A stretch of DNA of 35,002 nucleotides, from the UHGV virus genome UHGV-0140552. One strand, written 5' to 3'. Source of the DNA: a virus. The stretch's first letter is position 1. Each line of letters starts with the position of its first letter. Positions 33,544-35,002 of the stretch are shown piece by piece. A program made the position numbers and the translations under genes. The notes beneath the pieces were generated by a model that was not told the origin of the DNA, ran no database searches, and worked only from the letters and a program-made list of their open reading frames with translations.

Positions 33544-33813
33544 ATGACTTTCAGAGTGACGCAGACCATAGGAAAATCTATAGCATATCCAACGCTAGGT
33601 GTATGGATGCCATCAGAAGATACATCGATTGAAGTTGAATACCAGGCTGTATCGTTAATATCGCTAAATAATGGAACAGCGACTGTTTCATTTAAAGTTA
33701 GCATTGATGGTTGTCTTTCCTGTGGGGAGCTTACCCATTCTTTTGTGTATTCTGGGTCAGGAAGCCCTCTTGAAGAGGCAGAGGAATCACTTAAAAGAAA
33801 ACTCCAAATATAG
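33544..33813 (+). CDS. Hypothetical protein (89 aa) downstream of the tail fibre gene
   Basis: ORF in an AT-rich region with ATG at 33544. Possibly a fibre accessory protein. Confidence 0.45.
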   Translation: MTFRVTQTIGKSIAYPTLGVWMPSEDTSIEVEYQAVSLISLNNGTATVSFKVSIDGCLSCGELTHSFVYSGSGSPLEEAEESLKRKLQI

Positions 33814-33823
33814 AATTTCATTT

Positions 33824-33839
33824 AGTCAGGATTCTGACC
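33824..33839. repeat. Hairpin motif variant AGTCAG-GATT-CTGACC (copy 4 of 4), upstream of the lysis cassette; followed by ATCACTCCA at 33861-33869
   Basis: Read from sequence. Confidence 0.7.
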
Positions 33840-33895
33840 TTAGCTTCGCCTTACCCTCGCATCACTCCACATAGTGATCCCCATGGGGGTAAGGC

Positions 33896-34126
33896 ATGCG
33901 AATGAAGAATTTACCGGATGTGGCGGCTGGCACGTCGTACATCACATCCACTGTCAGCGGGAGCTACTGGCTGCTGCAACTTCTCGATAAGGTAAGCCCC
34001 AGCCAGTGGGCGGCTATTGGCGTACTGGCCAGTATTGTTTTTGGGCTGCTTACCTACCTCACTAATTTGTACTTCAAAATCAAAGACGACCGGCGGAAGG
34101 CACAGGACTATGAGCAACAAAGCTAA
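33896..34126 (+). CDS. Holin (76 aa), probably pinholin-type
   Basis: Small protein with a hydrophobic helix ([23 protein letters not shown]) and charged C-terminus, immediately upstream of and overlapping a SAR-endolysin gene. Confidence 0.6.
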   Translation: MRMKNLPDVAAGTSYITSTVSGSYWLLQLLDKVSPSQWAAIGVLASIVFGLLTYLTNLYFKIKDDRRKAQDYEQQS

Positions 34127-34646
34127 GTTCAGCGCCGCTATGCTGGCGCTTCTGGCCGCCGGTGCATCTGCACCGATACTGTTCGATCAGTTTATCAGCG
34201 AAAAAGAAGGTAACGCGCTGGTGGCCGTTGTTGACCCCGGCGGTGTGTGGTCATTGTGCCACGGAGTAACCGTTATAGATGGCAAGCGTGTCATTAAGGG
34301 CCAAAGAGCAACTGAGGAACAGTGCAGGAAGGTAAACGCCATTGAGCGTGATAAGGCGCTTGCCTGGGTAGAAAAGAATGTGCTCGTTTCTTTGACGCCG
34401 CCGCAGAAGGTCGGCATAGCCTCATTCTGCCCGTACAACATCGGGCCGGGTAAATGCTTCCCCTCAACGTTCTATCGCAAGCTGAACGCAGGCGACCGTA
34501 AAGGTGCATGCGCGGAGATCCGGCGATGGGTGTTCGACGGAGGCCGGGATTGCCGACTGACCAAAGGCCAGAAGAATGGCTGCTACGGGCAGGTTGACCG
34601 CCGCGATCAGGAAAGCGCTTTGACGTGCTGGGGGCTGTACGAATGA
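34110..34646 (+). CDS. SAR endolysin (lysozyme, 178 aa)
   Basis: Weakly hydrophobic Gly/Ala-rich N-terminal signal-anchor ([17 protein letters not shown]) followed by a lysozyme-like catalytic segment ([26 protein letters not shown]). ATG 34110 lies within the holin 3' end. Confidence 0.75.
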   Translation: MSNKAKFSAAMLALLAAGASAPILFDQFISEKEGNALVAVVDPGGVWSLCHGVTVIDGKRVIKGQRATEEQCRKVNAIERDKALAWVEKNVLVSLTPPQKVGIASFCPYNIGPGKCFPSTFYRKLNAGDRKGACAEIRRWVFDGGRDCRLTKGQKNGCYGQVDRRDQESALTCWGLYE

Positions 34647-35002
34647 ACGGAAAAACCAAACTGGTGATTGTTGGTGGCGTGCTGGCGGTATGCGCCGGGA
34701 TTTACTGGGCGGGGTATCTGAAAGGCTGGTACGCACATTCAGAGCAAGTAAACAGCCAGGCTAAACAAAGGCTACCGAAGCAGGAAAAGGCAGTTGCCGC
34801 TGGTGAGCAGAAAGCAGCGACGGCGAACGCCGAAGCCAAAGTGATTTACCGTACCGTTTATCGTGATGTGGTGAAATATGTCAATGACCCGAATCGTACT
34901 GTGTGCCAGTTTGATCCTGCTGCTGTGCAGCTGCGCCAACGAGCAATCGACGCGGCCAACGCCATCCCCGGATTTGATGAACCGACCGTGCAAGATAAGT
35001 AA
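34643..35002 (+). CDS. Rz-like i-spanin (119 aa)
   Basis: N-terminal TM helix followed by a charged, Ala/Gln/Lys-rich periplasmic region. ATGA overlap with the endolysin. Stop codon at 35000-35002. Confidence 0.7.
   Translation: MNGKTKLVIVGGVLAVCAGIYWAGYLKGWYAHSEQVNSQAKQRLPKQEKAVAAGEQKAATANAEAKVIYRTVYRDVVKYVNDPNRTVCQFDPAAVQLRQRAIDAANAIPGFDEPTVQDK
34884..35002 (+). CDS. Rz1-like o-spanin lipoprotein, embedded in the +1 frame of Rz; 3' end runs past the window
   Basis: ATG 34884 opens MTRIVLCASLILLLCSCANEQSTRPTPSPDL..., with a lipobox (LLCSC) and Pro-rich mature region. Not in the ORF track because it is truncated by the window end. Confidence 0.55.
   Translation, partial: MTRIVLCASLILLLCSCANEQSTRPTPSPDLMNRPCKIS

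Larger units (their letters stand above)
1..35002. mobile_element. Prophage, partial: integrase end through lysis cassette; right end and both att sites lie outside the window
   Basis: Contiguous phage gene set: integrase, repressor/cro, replication, virion, terminase, lysis. Tightly packed genes with many ATGA/TAATG overlaps. AT-rich moron islands. Confidence 0.9.

Overview
The window is the integrase-proximal ~35 kb of an integrated temperate phage in an enterobacterial-type genome, almost entirely coding. All homology calls below come from motifs recognised by eye, not from database searches. Left to right: (1) tyrosine integrase and putative excisionase at the left edge, followed by a leftward early operon (107-aa protein, a 730-aa protein whose C-terminal part carries a Rad52-type annealing-protein signature, a Gp157-like protein); (2) an immunity switch with an HTH repressor lacking an S24 peptidase domain, divergent Cro/YdaS-like and YdaT-like genes, and three 14-bp palindromic operators; (3) replication genes (O-like initiator, DnaB-type helicase); (4) a nin-like accessory region (MT-A70 methyltransferase, an AT-rich two-gene cassette, a small gene behind a consensus LexA box, HNH endonuclease, DUF1364-like protein); (5) a T7-like podovirus virion module (gp6.7-like, portal, scaffold, capsid, tail tube A/B, internal virion proteins including an SLT-domain protein), interrupted by a GNAT gene and two AT-rich morons; (6) terminase small/large subunits, a chimeric tail fibre, and a lambdoid lysis cassette (holin, SAR endolysin, Rz/Rz1). 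No tRNA, rRNA, CRISPR array or phage RNA polymerase is visible. The strongest candidates for something undescribed are the AT-rich two-gene cassette (10920-11787), the LexA-boxed small gene (12319-12510), the structured leader region with repeated GGTCTTTCC motifs (4770-5263), and a hairpin motif repeated four times ahead of late gene blocks.
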